DNA from: Octopus sinensis
Lineage: Eukaryota
Direction of reading: 5' to 3'
DNA length: 64,000 nucleotides
Assembly (NCBI RefSeq): GCF_006345805.1
Contig: NC_043022.1
Span: 18,538,001-18,602,000, forward strand
Shown piece after piece: positions 36,799 through 50,983 of the stretch; position 1 is the first letter of the stretch, and the number at the start of each line of letters is the position of its first letter. The notes under the pieces were generated by a model. The model saw nothing but the letters and a program-made list of their open reading frames with translations, did no database searches and was not told where the DNA came from. The position numbers were made by a program, and so were the translations under genes.

Positions 36799-37229
36799 AA
36801 TTGCATTATGGATGATGGGCACTGACCAGCCCAAATTGCTTTGGGCAACTATATTCTACTGTATCCTCAGTCCACTCAGTGTGCTGTGAGAGAATCTGAT
36901 AAATGTCAATTGTGTGTGCGTTTGTATGTCTTTGTGTTTGTGTGTATATCGTTTAACAACCGGCGTTAGTTTGTTTACTTTCTAATAAGAGCGGTTGGTG
37001 TTATAAGTGTGAGGTTTTAAAATATGTACTGGCATGAATTTGTTCGACTAAGACCCACCAAGTATGTCAGCAATCCAATAACTGAAACCAGTAGAAAGAA
37101 TACGTGTCTGTAGGGCAGAAGAAGAGACTGTCTTAATCAGTAAGAGCTTTGTACAAATGTTGCAGGAAGTGTGAGTTGAAGAACCTGATACAAGTTTATA
37201 TTCTTTGTCCATTGCATGTTGCTAAGAAA

Positions 37230-37420
37230 AGACTCAATTACCGAGACCTTAAGGAAGCAGTAAAAATCTCAGACACGATTAATTCGGGGTAGACCAATAA
37301 CGATATGGTTGGATAACGTCCATAGTCTCAGTTTTTCATGCTTGGTGATCCATCTGGAAAGTGTGAGGACAACTGCTTCTGAGAGGACGCCATGGAAGAA
37401 GTGCTGCAGGACTTTAGGGA
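37230..37420 (+). mobile_element. Highly decayed RTE-like 3' fragment
   Basis: RGRPITIWLDNV...TASERTPWKK resembles GRP..RW.D.I...A.DR..WR. Confidence 0.4.
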
Positions 37421-38499
37421 TATGGGACAGAGAAAATGGATGGATAAGAATAATTCATTCATCAAAGTGGACTATAAGAAAACTGAACCGAATTTTGGAC
37501 GATGTCTCAGAGTTTAGTGGGAAGACTTAGAAGTTTGTAAGAAAGGAAAACGGATAATCCTTCATGCCCTTTATCCATTTAAAAAGTTTTTTGCAAAAAA
37601 TAAAAAACCGAATGGAACCAAAAGAGCAACTTTTCACTTTTTGTGCGTTCGCATTTTCTTTCTTGTTACAGAAACTAAAGGAAGAGCGTATATGTATTTT
37701 TTCTTATGGAATTACGTAGAGTTTTGTTCAGAGAAATTTTTTGCACTATCAGCGTAGGGGCATTTGCAACATACTGTTCTTTGAAATGAGTTACTATTTC
37801 TTTCAATAATTCGAAGAATTTACCTGCATAAAAAAAAATCTTTTACCTTCATCTCATTACGAAGATTCTGCGAGTAGTGAAAAAAACAAAGCCCATAGAA
37901 TCACTGAAAGAAAAGAGTGGAATATACTAACTTCGTTAGTTGAGGAATAGATTCATATACATACATACGCACATCAAAGTATTAATGTATACATACATAC
38001 ATATATACACAAACAACATTCTTTCGTAAACCCACACAACAAATCACGTTATATATTATATATAGTGTGTGTATATGTGTATGAGTGCGTGTAATGTATA
38101 AATTTCTATATATATAGACAGACAGACACACGCACACACATATACTGACACACATAAATGTACATACGTGTGTATGTATGTGAGTGTGTGTGTATACAGA
38201 CACTCATACGCCCATATGTCGACGTCTGTAGAGAATGTAATTCTTTGTATATGCTCACGTGAGGGAGTATATATAATTTCACGTCAGGGATTTATATAGG
38301 TTTGTAAAACTGTGCTATCTTAAACAAGTTTCTCGACCATTAACATTTAACAGGTTTCCTTCTTAACACCAGATATACAAATTCGCAGTAATGGAATTAT
38401 CTCCCCCTTCTCTTTAGCTGCTCTACATTTCTCTAAACCATATACGTTTTCTCGAGTCCATATACGTTGAACGGATGTATACATTATATATGTGCGCGT

Positions 38500-38508
38500 G
38501 TATGTATG

Positions 38509-38556
<48 letters not shown>

Positions 38557-38621
38557 ACCACGCACATGCAGACATTTTTATTCACGTATCTCTATGTATA
38601 TATTAGACGTGCGTGTGTGTG

Positions 38622-38683
<62 letters not shown>

Positions 38684-38715
38684 TGTATGTATGTATGTAT
38701 CTATGTGTATGTATG

Positions 38716-38749
<34 letters not shown>

Positions 38750-38771
38750 TGTATGTATATATGTATGTATG

Positions 38772-38805
<34 letters not shown>

Positions 38806-38837
38806 TGTATGTATGTATGTATCTATGTGTATGTATG

Positions 38838-38871
<34 letters not shown>

Positions 38872-39230
38872 TGTATGTATGTATATATGTATGTATGTAT
38901 GTATCTATGTGTATGTATGTAATGTATGTATGTATGTATGTATGTAGTATGTATGTATGTATGTGTATGTATGTATGTATTATATATGTATGTATGTATG
39001 TATGTAGTAGGTATGGTATGTATGTATGTATGTATGTATATATGTATGTATGTATGTATGTATGTGTGTATGTATGTATGTATGTATGTATGTATGTAGT
39101 GTGTGTATGTATGTATGTATGTATCTATGTGTATGTATGTATGTATGTATGTATGTATGTATGTATGTATGTATGCGTATATGTATGTAAGTATGTATGC
39201 ATGTATGTATGTATGTATGTATGTGTGTAC
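38500..39230. repeat. (TA)n + (TATG)n microsatellite block
   Basis: Source of the poly-(MYVC) ORFs. Confidence 0.95.
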
Positions 39231-39945
39231 ACAGGTATATTTATGTTACTTGTGTGCATTGATAGTACGAAACAGACACTATTGTAATTATATTATAATA
39301 ATATATCAAAGCTGATTGGGCACCGACAATTTTTGTGTTGCTTCCACAATCCTTTCAGTTAATCCAATCATTGTTGCAGACTAAACTGCGATGGGGTTTG
39401 TGAAGAATTTCAGATTAAGATTTCTTTGAATCCACCTGTTTAAAGTAGAAACATTTGCACATCACACACTGAGATATACAAACACAATGACACACATATA
39501 CGTACGATAGAATCGTGCGTATATGTGTGTGTGTATAATATATATATTATATATATATATTAGATAATATATTATATATATACACACACCCACACGTAAT
39601 ACAGACATAAATGCATGCATGTTTATGTATGTTTATATATAGCCACTCTCTCTCTCTCTCTCTATATATATATTATATATATATACATATATATATATAT
39701 ATTATATATATATGTGTGTGTGTGTGTTTGTGTGTATGTATATATATACGTATATATGTATATATATATGTACATGTATATAATGTACATATATATATGT
39801 ATGTATATATATGTGTATATATATTTATTATATATATATATTTACACACACAAATACAAATCCACACGAATCCACTGACATATAGGCATGCATACATAGA
39901 CACATACACGCATGTCCACCCACACTATCTTAACGCCACTCTTTC

Positions 39946-39986
<41 letters not shown>

Positions 39987-40227
39987 TGTATATATACTCG
40001 AAAATATATAGACATTAGTATATGTATTTGTTTGCATCATTCTGTTCTTCTCAAAAACTCGTGACAATTGGTGTTAGTTTACGTCTTCGCAACTAAGCGC
40101 CTTAGCAAAAAGAGATAACAGAATAAATATTAGTCCTTTACATATTCCATTATAGGCCGTGCGTACACGCACATACATGCACACACACGGGCGCGCGATA
40201 ATTCGTCCATCATATTTAACAACTAAC

Positions 40228-40610
40228 AGGAGTGGCTGTGTGGTAAGTAGCTTGCTAACCAACCACATTGTTCCGGGTTCAGTCCCACTGCGTGGCACCT
40301 TGGGCAAGTGTCTTCTACTATAACCCTGGGCCGACCAATGCCTTGTGAGTGGATTTGGTAGACGGAAACTGAAAGAAGCCTGTCGTATATATGTATATGT
40401 GTGTGTTTGTGTGTCTGTGTTTGTCCCCCTAGCATTGCTTGACAACCGATGCTGGTGTGTTTACGTCCCCGTTACACTTAGCGGTTCGGCAAAAGAGACC
40501 GATAGAATAAGTACTGGGCTTACAAAGAATAAGTCCCGGGGTCGAGTTGCTCGATTAAGGGTGGTGCTCCAGCATGGCCGCAGTCAAATGACTGAAACAA
40601 GTATAAAAAA
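40228..40610 (+). mobile_element. SINE-B, full length
   Basis: Consensus match. Confidence 0.9.
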
Positions 40611-40621
40611 AAAAGAATATA

Positions 40622-40652
<31 letters not shown>

Positions 40653-40791
40653 GTGTAAGAAGATTGTGTGAATGAAATAAAGACAGATAAATGAAGCGGA
40701 AGTTGCCTAAAATTGTCACATTTATGCGTTGGTGATGAATAAAAGCAATGCCTTCGATGAAACGGAGATTTATCAAGGTCCACATCCATTC

Positions 40792-41080
40792 TAGCACTCC
40801 GTCAATTGCGACGACGAGGGTTCCAGTTGAACCGATCAATGGAACGGCCTGTTCGTGAAATTAACGTGCTGAGTACTCCACAGACACGCGTACTACCCTT
40901 AACGTACTTCTCAGGGAGATTTAGTGTGACATCTAATATTACTGGGCTGGCCCTTTGAAATACACGTACTATTCATTTTAATGCCAGTTGAGTGGACTGG
41001 AGCGACGTCAAATGAAGTGTTTACTCAAGAACACATCGCATCGCCCGGTTCAGGAATCGAAACCGCAACCTTACCATTAT
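40792..41080 (-). mobile_element. SINE-E body with tail X
   Basis: CORE-like body (GTGTTCTTGAGTAAACACTTCATTTGACGTCGCTCCAGTCCACTCAACTGGC) joined to the SINE-A-type tail ending GGAACCCTCGTCGTCGCAATTGACGGAGTGC. Confidence 0.75.
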
Positions 41081-41324
41081 GAGTAATGTAGTTGAGGAAG
41101 AATATAAAAGTTGAATTAAAGATTTCGCTGTTATTTCTGGCATGTCTATCCACCATCTAGAGGTTTTCTTGTTGAATCTAAGGGACTTTATGCGTATAGG
41201 TATTTATATTCGTGTTTGTCTATATGGAGAGAGAGAAAGAAAGGGTGAAAGACATAGAGAGAGTAAGAGAGAGCGAGGGCGTTGAAGACTGGGAACACAC
41301 ACACGTATATATGTATGTATATGC

Positions 41325-41382
<58 letters not shown>

Positions 41383-41484
41383 CTGACAGGCAGAAAAGTG
41401 GAGTGAGGGGATGAGAGTGAAAATGGACGTACGAGCCCGACACATACAGGCCTCACATACATACGCACTCATGCAAAACAGAAC

Positions 41485-41518
<34 letters not shown>

Positions 41519-42269
41519 CACTTGCAACGAAAGACGTTTGTCGAGTGGTGTTTGCAAATCTTGTTATACATACCTGATGTTTATCGAACAAATAATAAAG
41601 AAACTAATACATTTTATTATAGAAATATCTAGAACAGCAACGTTAAATATTTTATTGCTAACAAGCTTATGTTTTATTAAAATACTTCCTGCATCTACAG
41701 CCATATTCTGTTGACATGCTTATGTCTATATCTTGAGTAAGCAATAAAATACTGAGTCTGATTGCCTGTGGAGTGAGGACTATATGTTTCTGGTCGGAAC
41801 CCCCAGGTTTTCTGTCCTGAAATCGCCCGGTTAAGAGTTCATCCGGGTGCAGGAACACTACCGGACACCTTGTGACTATGTTATGCTACCAACCAGCATG
41901 TTACATTGGGTGTTTAAGAACTCATAGGTGCATAAAACAACCCCCATAAACACCAAAAAACAAGCTGAAGATGACTGCCACTTCACACTAGTCTTCAGGT
42001 GTCCGGGTACGCCCCCTGGCGCACACATTCCCTAGTCTCTAATCACCGTGAAAGGTTGAAAGAGACTGAAGAGATTTGGAGAGACCTGAAGAAATTGTAG
42101 TGATATTGTGACGTCGTGTTTCGATCCATAGTGATCCTAATAAAGATTTCGTCATAATTACCAGAAGGAAAAATTGAATTTCTTTCAATGGTATGTATGA
42201 TTCATACAAACACTCCGATTTTTAAAGGAAAGAAAAAAAGGTCAATAAATACTTGCCATTACATTTTTA

Positions 42270-42525
42270 ATCAACGAAATATGAACCATTTTGTTGCACA
42301 ATGCGTCTTGAAAAGACCCTCTTCCGAGAATTGAGATGGTTTCATGGCAAAGAATTCATCAAGGTATCTTTTTACGTCATCAAGGAATTGAAATTTTTAC
42401 CATTAAGGCTATTCTGCAGAGACCTGAATAAGTGGAAATCCGAAGGAGCAATATCTGGTGAATATGGAGGGTGGGGTAACATATTCCAGCCGAGGTGCAG
42501 CAATTTTTGTCTGGTTCTCAAAGCA
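42270..42525 (-). mobile_element. Mariner transposase C-terminal fragment
   Basis: RQKLLHLGWNMLPHPPYSPDIAPSDFHLFRSLQNSLNGKNF...RIVQQNGSYFVD* (YSPDLAPSD motif). Confidence 0.92.
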
Positions 42526-43914
42526 TCAAGTGCCGAAAATGAACTTTCTTGTCTTCCATTTTAAAGGGTTACAGAATTAACACAGGTTATAGGAACATAA
42601 ATCTTCTTCCACGAAAAGATAGCTTAAACTGTGCTCTAAATGGAGGTGTCGTCAAATCCTATTTTATGGACTCAACCATGTTCTAAAATAAGTCGCAAGG
42701 TAAGCTACTGTAAATCGGCACGAATTTTCCGGACAACTCAATACAAAGAAGTTTACCAAGACACAGCCGAAGATGAAGGTGCCTGCCACAATACCTTTCA
42801 TATGCGTCTTCCATACCACCTCTTTCGCTATAGCCATTACGGCTAGAAAACTGGCCCGCTTTTCTCTGTTTACAGAAGGCGGCAGAACGATCTTAATGAT
42901 CGACTCGTTCTTCCTAGTTATGACAGCGGTTGTTCGGTGTAAACCCACAGTTCCGAGAGTCAGGAATATATATTTATGCATATAATTATATACACCAATG
43001 TGTGTATCTACATAAGCAATGTGCGTATGTACACGTGTGCTTGTGTATATATATAGTATTTTCTTTTGTTTCAGTCACTAGACTGCGGTCACGCTGGAGC
43101 CCCGCCTTGATGGTTTTTATTGGAACAGATCAACCCCAGTACTTATTTTATAACTCTTGTACTTATTCTATAGTATTATTATGCCAAACTACTATGTTAT
43201 GGGGGACGTAAGCAAACCAACACCGGTTGCCAAGTTGTGACGGGAGACAAACATAGACATAAAGACACATACACGCGCATGCACACATCGATATAGATTA
43301 TAGGGATGATGGTGGTATCGGTTGTGATGATGATGAAGATGATGATGAATGATAGTGGTGATGATGGTAATGGTGATGATAACGATGGTGGTAACGGGGA
43401 TGACGATGATGGTGATGATGTTGAAGAATCGTTAATATTGCTGGTGTAGTTGTTATTGTTAATCTCACCTAGCAGATGGCTGTATTTTTGTGGAAGACTT
43501 AGCTGCTGTTTCTATCTGGCAGCTTCACTTAATTGCAATTGTTGTTGTTGTCTCCGTTCTTAATCATATCGAGATGGCACCCTTTCCTCCACCCCTACAC
43601 ATTCGCAAATTAGTAGCAACCACGTTCCCGCCCTTCCACCGTCCTCAACTCTCCGTATGCCGTTCCTTGTGTTTCTCTTGGACAAGTTTCAACGTCGTTC
43701 TACATGTGCGTATGTTGACCTCTTTCAGTCTCTCAATCTCTCTCTCTCACTCCCCCTCCATCTCTCTCTCTATATCTCCTTCCCCATCTCTCTATCTCTC
43801 TCTACCTCCCCCTCTCTCTCTTACACACACACATACACGATTCTATATAAACGCATAAAACACAATACACATATATATAGATGCCTCAAATCCATATATA
43901 TATATATATATATT

Positions 43915-44238
43915 TACTCTTTACTCTTTTACTCTTTTACTTGCTTCAATCATTTGACTGCGGTCATGCTGGAGCACCGCCTTTAGTCGATCAAATCGAC
44001 CACGGGACTTATTCTTTGTAAGCCCAGTACTTATTCTCTCGGTTTCTTTTGCCGAACCGCTAAGTGACGGCGACGTAAACACACCAGCATCGGTTGTCAA
44101 GCAATGCTAGGGGACAAACACAGACACACAAACATACACACACATATATATATACATATATACGACAGGCTTCTTTCAGTTTCCGTCTACCAAATCCATT
44201 CACAAAAGCTTTGGTCGGCCCGAGGCTATAGTAGAAGA
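43915..44238 (-). mobile_element. SINE-B, head missing
   Basis: Tail (CTCTTTTA)n through the body. Confidence 0.85.
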
Positions 44239-44379
44239 CGCCCAATATGCCAATATATATAAATATATATGATGAAGATGATGAATGATAGTGGTGATGG
44301 TGATGATAGTAATGGTGTTGATAAAGATGGTGACGATGATGATAACGATGCTGGTAGCGGTGATGACACCCACCTATGT

Positions 44380-44630
44380 CATGTGGGGTCTTGAATCTAG
44401 CAAAACTGGTTACAAGGACGATATTCTTGTTGTTTAGACCCTGGGCTGTCTAGATCAATGCCCCTTATGATCGAGAGCGTTCCAAACAGCACCATCCAAA
44501 CATTTTCTCAAACATTCTGTCATCTGAAACTACATCTTTCAATAGTCTTCCTTATGTTCAAGATATTATGTTATGTTTAACATGACAAAGATCTGACTGC
44601 TAGTTTTAGAAGGTCGAGTCGACCACGTAG
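44380..44630 (-). mobile_element. SINE-D family copy (other copies 45715-46010, 48290-48450, 49205-49410, 62800-62850)
   Basis: Recurring motifs CTAGAAAT(A/T)GCAGCCAAA...GATGGTCAC...GGCTAAAC(AAC)n shared among these loci; all diverged. Confidence 0.55.
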
Positions 44631-44739
44631 AAGTCTGGCATTCTTTGCTCGCACATTCTGTTGAGAAAAATATTCTTTTTTAAAGATTTTTGTCCCAAAC
44701 AAGGCTTGAGGCCACTGTGGTATAAGGGGCTGCAAAGAA

Positions 44740-45105
44740 GGAAAAGAAGGGGCCTACGAATTCAAAAGATGTCAACGGACAAAAAACTTAGCATAGACCA
44801 GAGGAAAACATGGCGAGAGTAATGAGTTCCAGAGAGCAGAAGGTCGAAGAAAGAAGATATTTCAGTGGAAGGACTTAGGACTAACAGGAAGCTCAACAGA
44901 GAAACAATGCACTGGGAAGAGAGGTAGGGGACATGTTTAAAGGTATTGACAGGGGATATTAAACCAGAAAGTTCACGAGAACAATGACCATAGAAATATT
45001 TGTGGAAAAGACGATGAGCCAAAGATACGACCAGGTAGAAAGTAGAGGACCCACCTAGTTAAAAACACTTAGAGGAGCCACCAGCTCAAAGATGTCGCCA
45101 CAAGA
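44740..45105 (-). mobile_element. Decayed CR1/L2-group LINE RT C-terminal fragment
   Basis: VGPL..LAHRLFHKYFYGHCSRELSGLI...IFFLRPSALWNSL..CFP resembles HRR...FYRYFHG.CS.EL...FF.RT..LWNSLP..FP. Confidence 0.7.
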
Positions 45106-45534
45106 AAAAGAAAAAATCTGACGTTTCGGATAGCGTCCTTTCACCAGACAGTGGTTGTCCACCACGGAAGAATGTTTTCTATACCCTCTATATTAGTACA
45201 GATACCCGAGATTATTCTTAAACACCAATTTCCGTACACGATGGTTACGTCTTTGAATGCTATACTACTGTCTAACCTTTGTTGTCTGGAATGCCGAGAA
45301 GAAAGAAAAACAAATAAATGAAATTGCTCGAGATTCTACATTATAATTGCTTTTGTTGTTATTGTTGTTGTGTAATTGATTTTTTTTTGTTTCGTATTTT
45401 TTTTTTCCTTTCTTTGCTTAGCAGTTTAGCTGCCAGGGAGATATTCCTTTCGAAAACTCTAAGCTACTATCTTTGTCTACGAGATAAAAGAAATCTACGT
45501 CGTCGTCATCATCATCATCATCATCATCACCATT

Positions 45535-45570
<36 letters not shown>

Positions 45571-46034
45571 TTCGCCATTATCCCCATTATCACTAGTTTC
45601 TCCATCAATGCCATTATCATCATCCACCACCACCACCACTAGACCATCATCAATCAACACCACTATTATCACTGCCACCTCCAATTTCAAATTCCGACAA
45701 CGAGGGTAAGCCATACTATGTGGTCGCTTCTCAGGTTAGTAATAGCAGCCAAATCTCCTTCAAACTCCACTTTACCAATAGGTTTGTGTAGGGCCAGATC
45801 ACAATTGATATCGTTCTCGGTACTCTTAAACAGGATGGTCACAGCTGGTATGTCTCTGATAACAGCTGTCTTCGAACAGAATGTGCCTTGGGTTAAACAA
45901 CAAAAGCAACAATAGTAATGATTGAGCCTTTGCTCAATCGTTCAATCCGCTAGAAATTGCAGCCAAAGTCCCTCAACTCACACCCTCTACTGTCTTAGAA
46001 AAGAAGGGTATATTCACTTACTCGTTTACTCTGC

Positions 46035-46368
46035 GGACATGCTGTTCATGCTGGAGCACCGCCTTTAGTCGAGCAAATCGACCCCAGGATTTATTCTTTG
46101 TAAGCCTAGTACTTATTCTATCGGTCTCTTTTGCCGAACCGCTAAGTTACGGGGATGTAAACACACCAGCATCGGTTGTTAAGCGATGTTGGGGGGACAA
46201 ACACAGACACACAAACACATATATACATATACATATATACGACGGGCTTCTTTCAGTTTCCGTCTACCAAATCCACTCACAAGGCTTTGGTCGGTCCGAG
46301 GCTATAGTAGAAGACACTTGCTCAAGGTGCCACGCAGTGGGACTGAACCCGGAACCATGTGGTTGGTA
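46035..46368 (-). mobile_element. SINE-B, ends clipped
   Basis: Consensus match on the minus strand. Confidence 0.88.
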
Positions 46369-46647
46369 AGCTTAAATAGTCTTTGTGTATTGTGCTTTGG
46401 GAAAAGGTGTAGTGGTCACGGCTGGAAATTCTTTGGTTTGCTTCATTAGAATGAGTTAGGGATAAACAACAACGAAATCGGTACCATCGCCATCACCACA
46501 ACCACCATCACCATCACCACCACCACCAACACCATCACCATCCACCAATAACAACAACAATAATAACTCTGCCACCATTATCATTGTCACTATTACTACC
46601 ACCACCACCCACAACATTGTCATCACTATCGCCCTCATTATTACCTA

Positions 46648-46790
46648 TTTCTTTATTACTCACAAGGAGCTAAACATAGAGGGGACAAACATGGACAACA
46701 TAGGTATTAAGTCGATTACATCGACCCCAGTGCGACCCCGAAAGGATAAAAGGCAAAGTCGACCTCGGCGTAATTTGAACTCACAACGTT
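46648..46790 (-). mobile_element. SINE-C fragment with internal deletion
   Basis: Tail TTTCTTTATTACTCACAAGG through the B-box. Confidence 0.75.
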
Positions 46791-48154
46791 ACCATCAACA
46801 ATATTACTTCCACCTCTAGCACTAACCCTAACTACCACCACCAACAACAACAGCAACACCAATAACACCACCATAACCATCCACCACTAATACCATTACC
46901 AGCAACAACTTCTCGATCGCAACCACCAACAGCAACCATCATCACTAGCCACCGCCCCTAGCAACCACCACCACCACCACCACCGACGCCAGCAGCAACA
47001 TTGCTTCTACCCTGCCACCACGAATTTCCTTACAACCGCCGCCGCCGCCACCAGCAGCAACACCGCTACCCACCACCACCACCACCGCCGTTGTCGACGC
47101 CCCCGCCACCCGTATCAACACTGCTACCACCCTGCGTTTATTAAAACACTGTTCTGCTGAAGTGCACTCAGTATCAGCCACCAGTCTGGTTGAGGCTGTG
47201 AATTCTAGAAATAAGAAAATCCAACCACGTCCCTCACCCTTCACAGACACACCGAGCACATCTGAGAAATTTTGATTCTCTGAAATGAAATTCTGTCTGC
47301 GTTGTAATTCTAGTGTAGTACATTGCCACAACTCATAATTCCCATCATCACCACCTTTATTATGAACCCTTCCGCTTTCTATTATACGAAAGGTCTCTTA
47401 TTCATCGAGCTGAACGGCGCAGTTAGTAGGTATTTTAAATTTTCTATACGGAAGGAAAAATAGCGAACATGTTTCGGTGGTATTAGATGTCATCGGGGAA
47501 GCATATTCTAGTCAGTTGGTAAGACTAGGAGCTAGATTTGAACGAAAATACCTTGTCGCTGCTACTTTTTGTCAACGTTGAACACTTGCTTCCTTTAAAT
47601 TATGCTGTTCATGATACACGTGATTACTTGTATATAAATATATATACATATATATGTGTCTATCTTACTCTCTCAACTGACACCGAAATGAGAGGGTCAG
47701 TATACCATTATATACAATTTGTGTGAAAAATCTTAAATGTTGCATATTAGTTTTAATTCACCCGATGAAAACTTTTTTTTCACTTTTATGTAATTGATTT
47801 TTTTTTCCTCAATAAAAACACGTTTGAAACAGCTGTAGTGAACATCTGCCCATCCACGTTATATATATATGTGTATATATATATATATATATAGGCGTGC
47901 GTGTATATTTGCATGCATTTACATATATGTTTATGTGTTTGTGTGTGTAGAACAAAGGAGGTATTTTTGAAGCTTATAACGTCAGTACACCAAAACACCA
48001 CATTTGTCAGTTTTATACAGTACATTTCCTGCCGCCTCCAGCGAGTGATGATGTACAAAACACACATTTTTCTTTCTTTTTCTTCCCTTATCCTATGCCC
48101 CTTTCTTCTCCTCTCTCTCTCTTCCTCTTCTTCTCTGTCTGTCTCTCTCTCTCC

Positions 48155-48224
<70 letters not shown>

Positions 48225-48924
48225 ATCCAGATTTTGCGATACCATGCAGCATACCAATATGGTATCCAACTCATAGACCATTATTGTGTAGCTTCAGATC
48301 GGCTTTGATAGAATAGAACTACGATCAAAGACATTACGTCCCTGACCATCCCGTCTACGGTACATCTAGGACAACATTAGCCCATACGTTGTTTTTCTTT
48401 AAGAGAGCAAAATGTGAAAGAGATCTTGCTGCTGTTTCTACCACTAAAGAGGTCTCCTTCGTTAGCTGATTAATATCAGGGTCCCACTAACCCTTCGCCA
48501 GTACTTTGTGGACCCATTAAGGAAGAAAGTGTACCCTAGAATGTACGAGCTGCATTTTATTTCATATTGAGAGAAGGCAAAGAATGTCCCCTAAGATACT
48601 TTGTTTTACATGTCCTTGAAGAAAAGAAGAGCGCTATTATCAGATTAGGGACCAGCTCCGAATCTTTGTAACAGAACAGGCTTAGTTACATGTGCCTAAG
48701 GATCAGATGATGCGGGATTAAGCAGAGTAACAGATTAAGTATTCTTACCATCTGAGAATACGAATAGTGAATATGAATCCAGCTTCCACAATGCCTTCCC
48801 ATCTATCCCATCTCTATTTCATCCCTCGTAAGATCTGCCGTGACCATCCCGAAGAATCAGACTTAGGATGCTCATAATCCTAACATAGCTCGAATTACAT
48901 GGCGTGTAAGTGACTGGGTTTACA

Positions 48925-49110
48925 ACTCTCTCTTTGGACGGGAGGCCAGTCCGTCGCAGGGTTAACTTTCCAGCTATTGCTGGAACTCACAGCTGAGTGG
49001 ATTAGAGTAACGTGAAATGTGAGAATACATCGCACCGCCTGAGCTGGAAATTGAAACTACCGTCTTTCGATTGTGAGTGCAACAGTTTGACCATTAGGCC
49101 AGGTGCCCTC
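48925..49110 (-). mobile_element. SINE-E with tail V, diverged
   Basis: CCTGCGACGGACTGGCCTCCCGTCC tail and CTCCAATCCACTCAGCTG-like body. Confidence 0.65.
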
Positions 49111-49808
49111 AGTCGAGGGCTAGCAAGAAAAAAGAATGTGGAAGATGTGCATTAGGATCGAGCCGACATACTCACTCAAAAGAACCAACCAAACACACAC
49201 CGACGTGGCTATCTAACTTGCTAGAAATAGCAACCAAATCTGCTTGAAATCACTCCGCTAAGCTACAAATGAAGCAAAAAGACGGCCCAAGTTGTATATA
49301 CACTTAGACTGTTGGGATGTCACGGTTATTCCAGCCGCGACCAACTCAACTTATCATAGGTCTACTTGATCAGGATTCACTTCGAGGCTAAACTACAATA
49401 ACAATAACAACAACAACAACAACAGAACAAAATCCAAAGAAATCTCCTGGAAATTTTCCTTCGACGTACATTTACGATTGGTCGACTTCGCGTCACGTGC
49501 CATGTCTGGCTGTTCCATTTGGCAGACGACACCCAGAAGATAAGACATAACAACTGTTACCTTGTTTGAAGTAATGTTTCACACATTCTGACTGATAGAT
49601 AACTTTTTCGAGCTTGAGGCTTTCTTTGCTTCTGTTCTTCTTCTTCTTTCTCTTCTCTCCAAAATATGGCAGGAATTTCTATTACTGGCACCAAACATCC
49701 TTTCCACGGCTGCTTCTTGTGTTTATTTTCTCTGCAATATATGCAATTCTGCACACACACAGAAACACACTCTCTCCCTCCCTCCTTCTCTCCGCCCTCT
49801 CTCTCTCG

Positions 49809-49844
<36 letters not shown>

Positions 49845-50055
49845 CTCTGTATCTTCACTCGTATTCTTTCTTTTTCCTTTCTCTTTCTCTCTTCCTTTTT
49901 CTTCTTCTTTCTGACACACACATACATACACAGAAGTGTGTAAGTATGCATATACACAAGTGTGTACTGTGTGTGTGTATGTGTGTGTGTGTGTGTGTGT
50001 GTGCATGTATGTATGTATGTATGTAACTTATTCACCTTTGACGCTTTGCGTACCA

Positions 50056-50192
<137 letters not shown>

Positions 50193-50212
50193 GTCTGTCT
50201 GTCTATCTCGAT

Positions 50213-50243
<31 letters not shown>

Positions 50244-50540
50244 ACAGTGGTAGCTGTTTATTGCAGTTACAATGTTATGATACGGTTATTGTTATCAGAA
50301 TTAGTGGCTCCCTTGCACGCACAGGAAATCGTTATTTCCCCTCCGGTTAATGCGATCAGCTGGTTAATGTTATCGAAACTTCTCCGTACTAAAATTATCG
50401 CAATAAACAGCTTCCCCTGCGTGTGTGTGTACGTATGCAGAGAGCGAGAGAGAGAGAGAGAAAGAAAGAAGAAAGAAAGAAAGGGAGACATGCATACATA
50501 TTTATACACACACAGATAGGTAGATAAATAGGTAGATAAG

Positions 50541-50574
<34 letters not shown>

Positions 50575-50575
50575 T

Positions 50576-50983
50576 ATTTCTTTACTACCCACAAGGGGTA
50601 AACATAGAGGGGACAAACAAGGACAGACAAAGGGATTAAGTCAATTACATCGACCCAGTGCGAAACTGGTACTTTATTTATCGACCCCCAAAGGATTAAA
50701 GGCAAAGTCTACCTCGGCGGAATTTGAACTCAGAACGTAACGACAGACGAAATACCTATTTCTTTACTACCCACAAGGAGCTAAACATAGAGGGGACAAA
50801 CAAGGACAGACAAAGGGATTAAGTCAATTACATCGACCCAGTGCGAAACTGGTACTTTATTTATCGACCCCGAAAGGAAGAAAGGCAAAGTCTACCTCGG
50901 CGGAATTTGAACTCAGAACGTAACGACAGACGAAATACCTCTAAGCATTTCGCCCGGCGCGCTAACGTTTCTGCCAGCTCGCC
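50576..50983 (-). mobile_element. SINE-C dimer (head + two units) ending in (TATC)n
   Basis: Junction TAAAGAAATA|GGTATTTCGTC at ~50757. Confidence 0.9.

Noticed and set aside
41965-42000. CTGAAGA T GACT...AGTC as a hammerhead
   Set aside because: Followed by TTCAG rather than GAAA; it is a simple hairpin.
42560-42985. Overlapping 68-105-aa ORFs
   Set aside because: No recognisable domain, coding bias or splice structure.
46945-47331. 128-aa minus ORF and overlapping plus frame as a host exon
   Set aside because: Half low-complexity; no recognisable motif or convincing splice-site pair.
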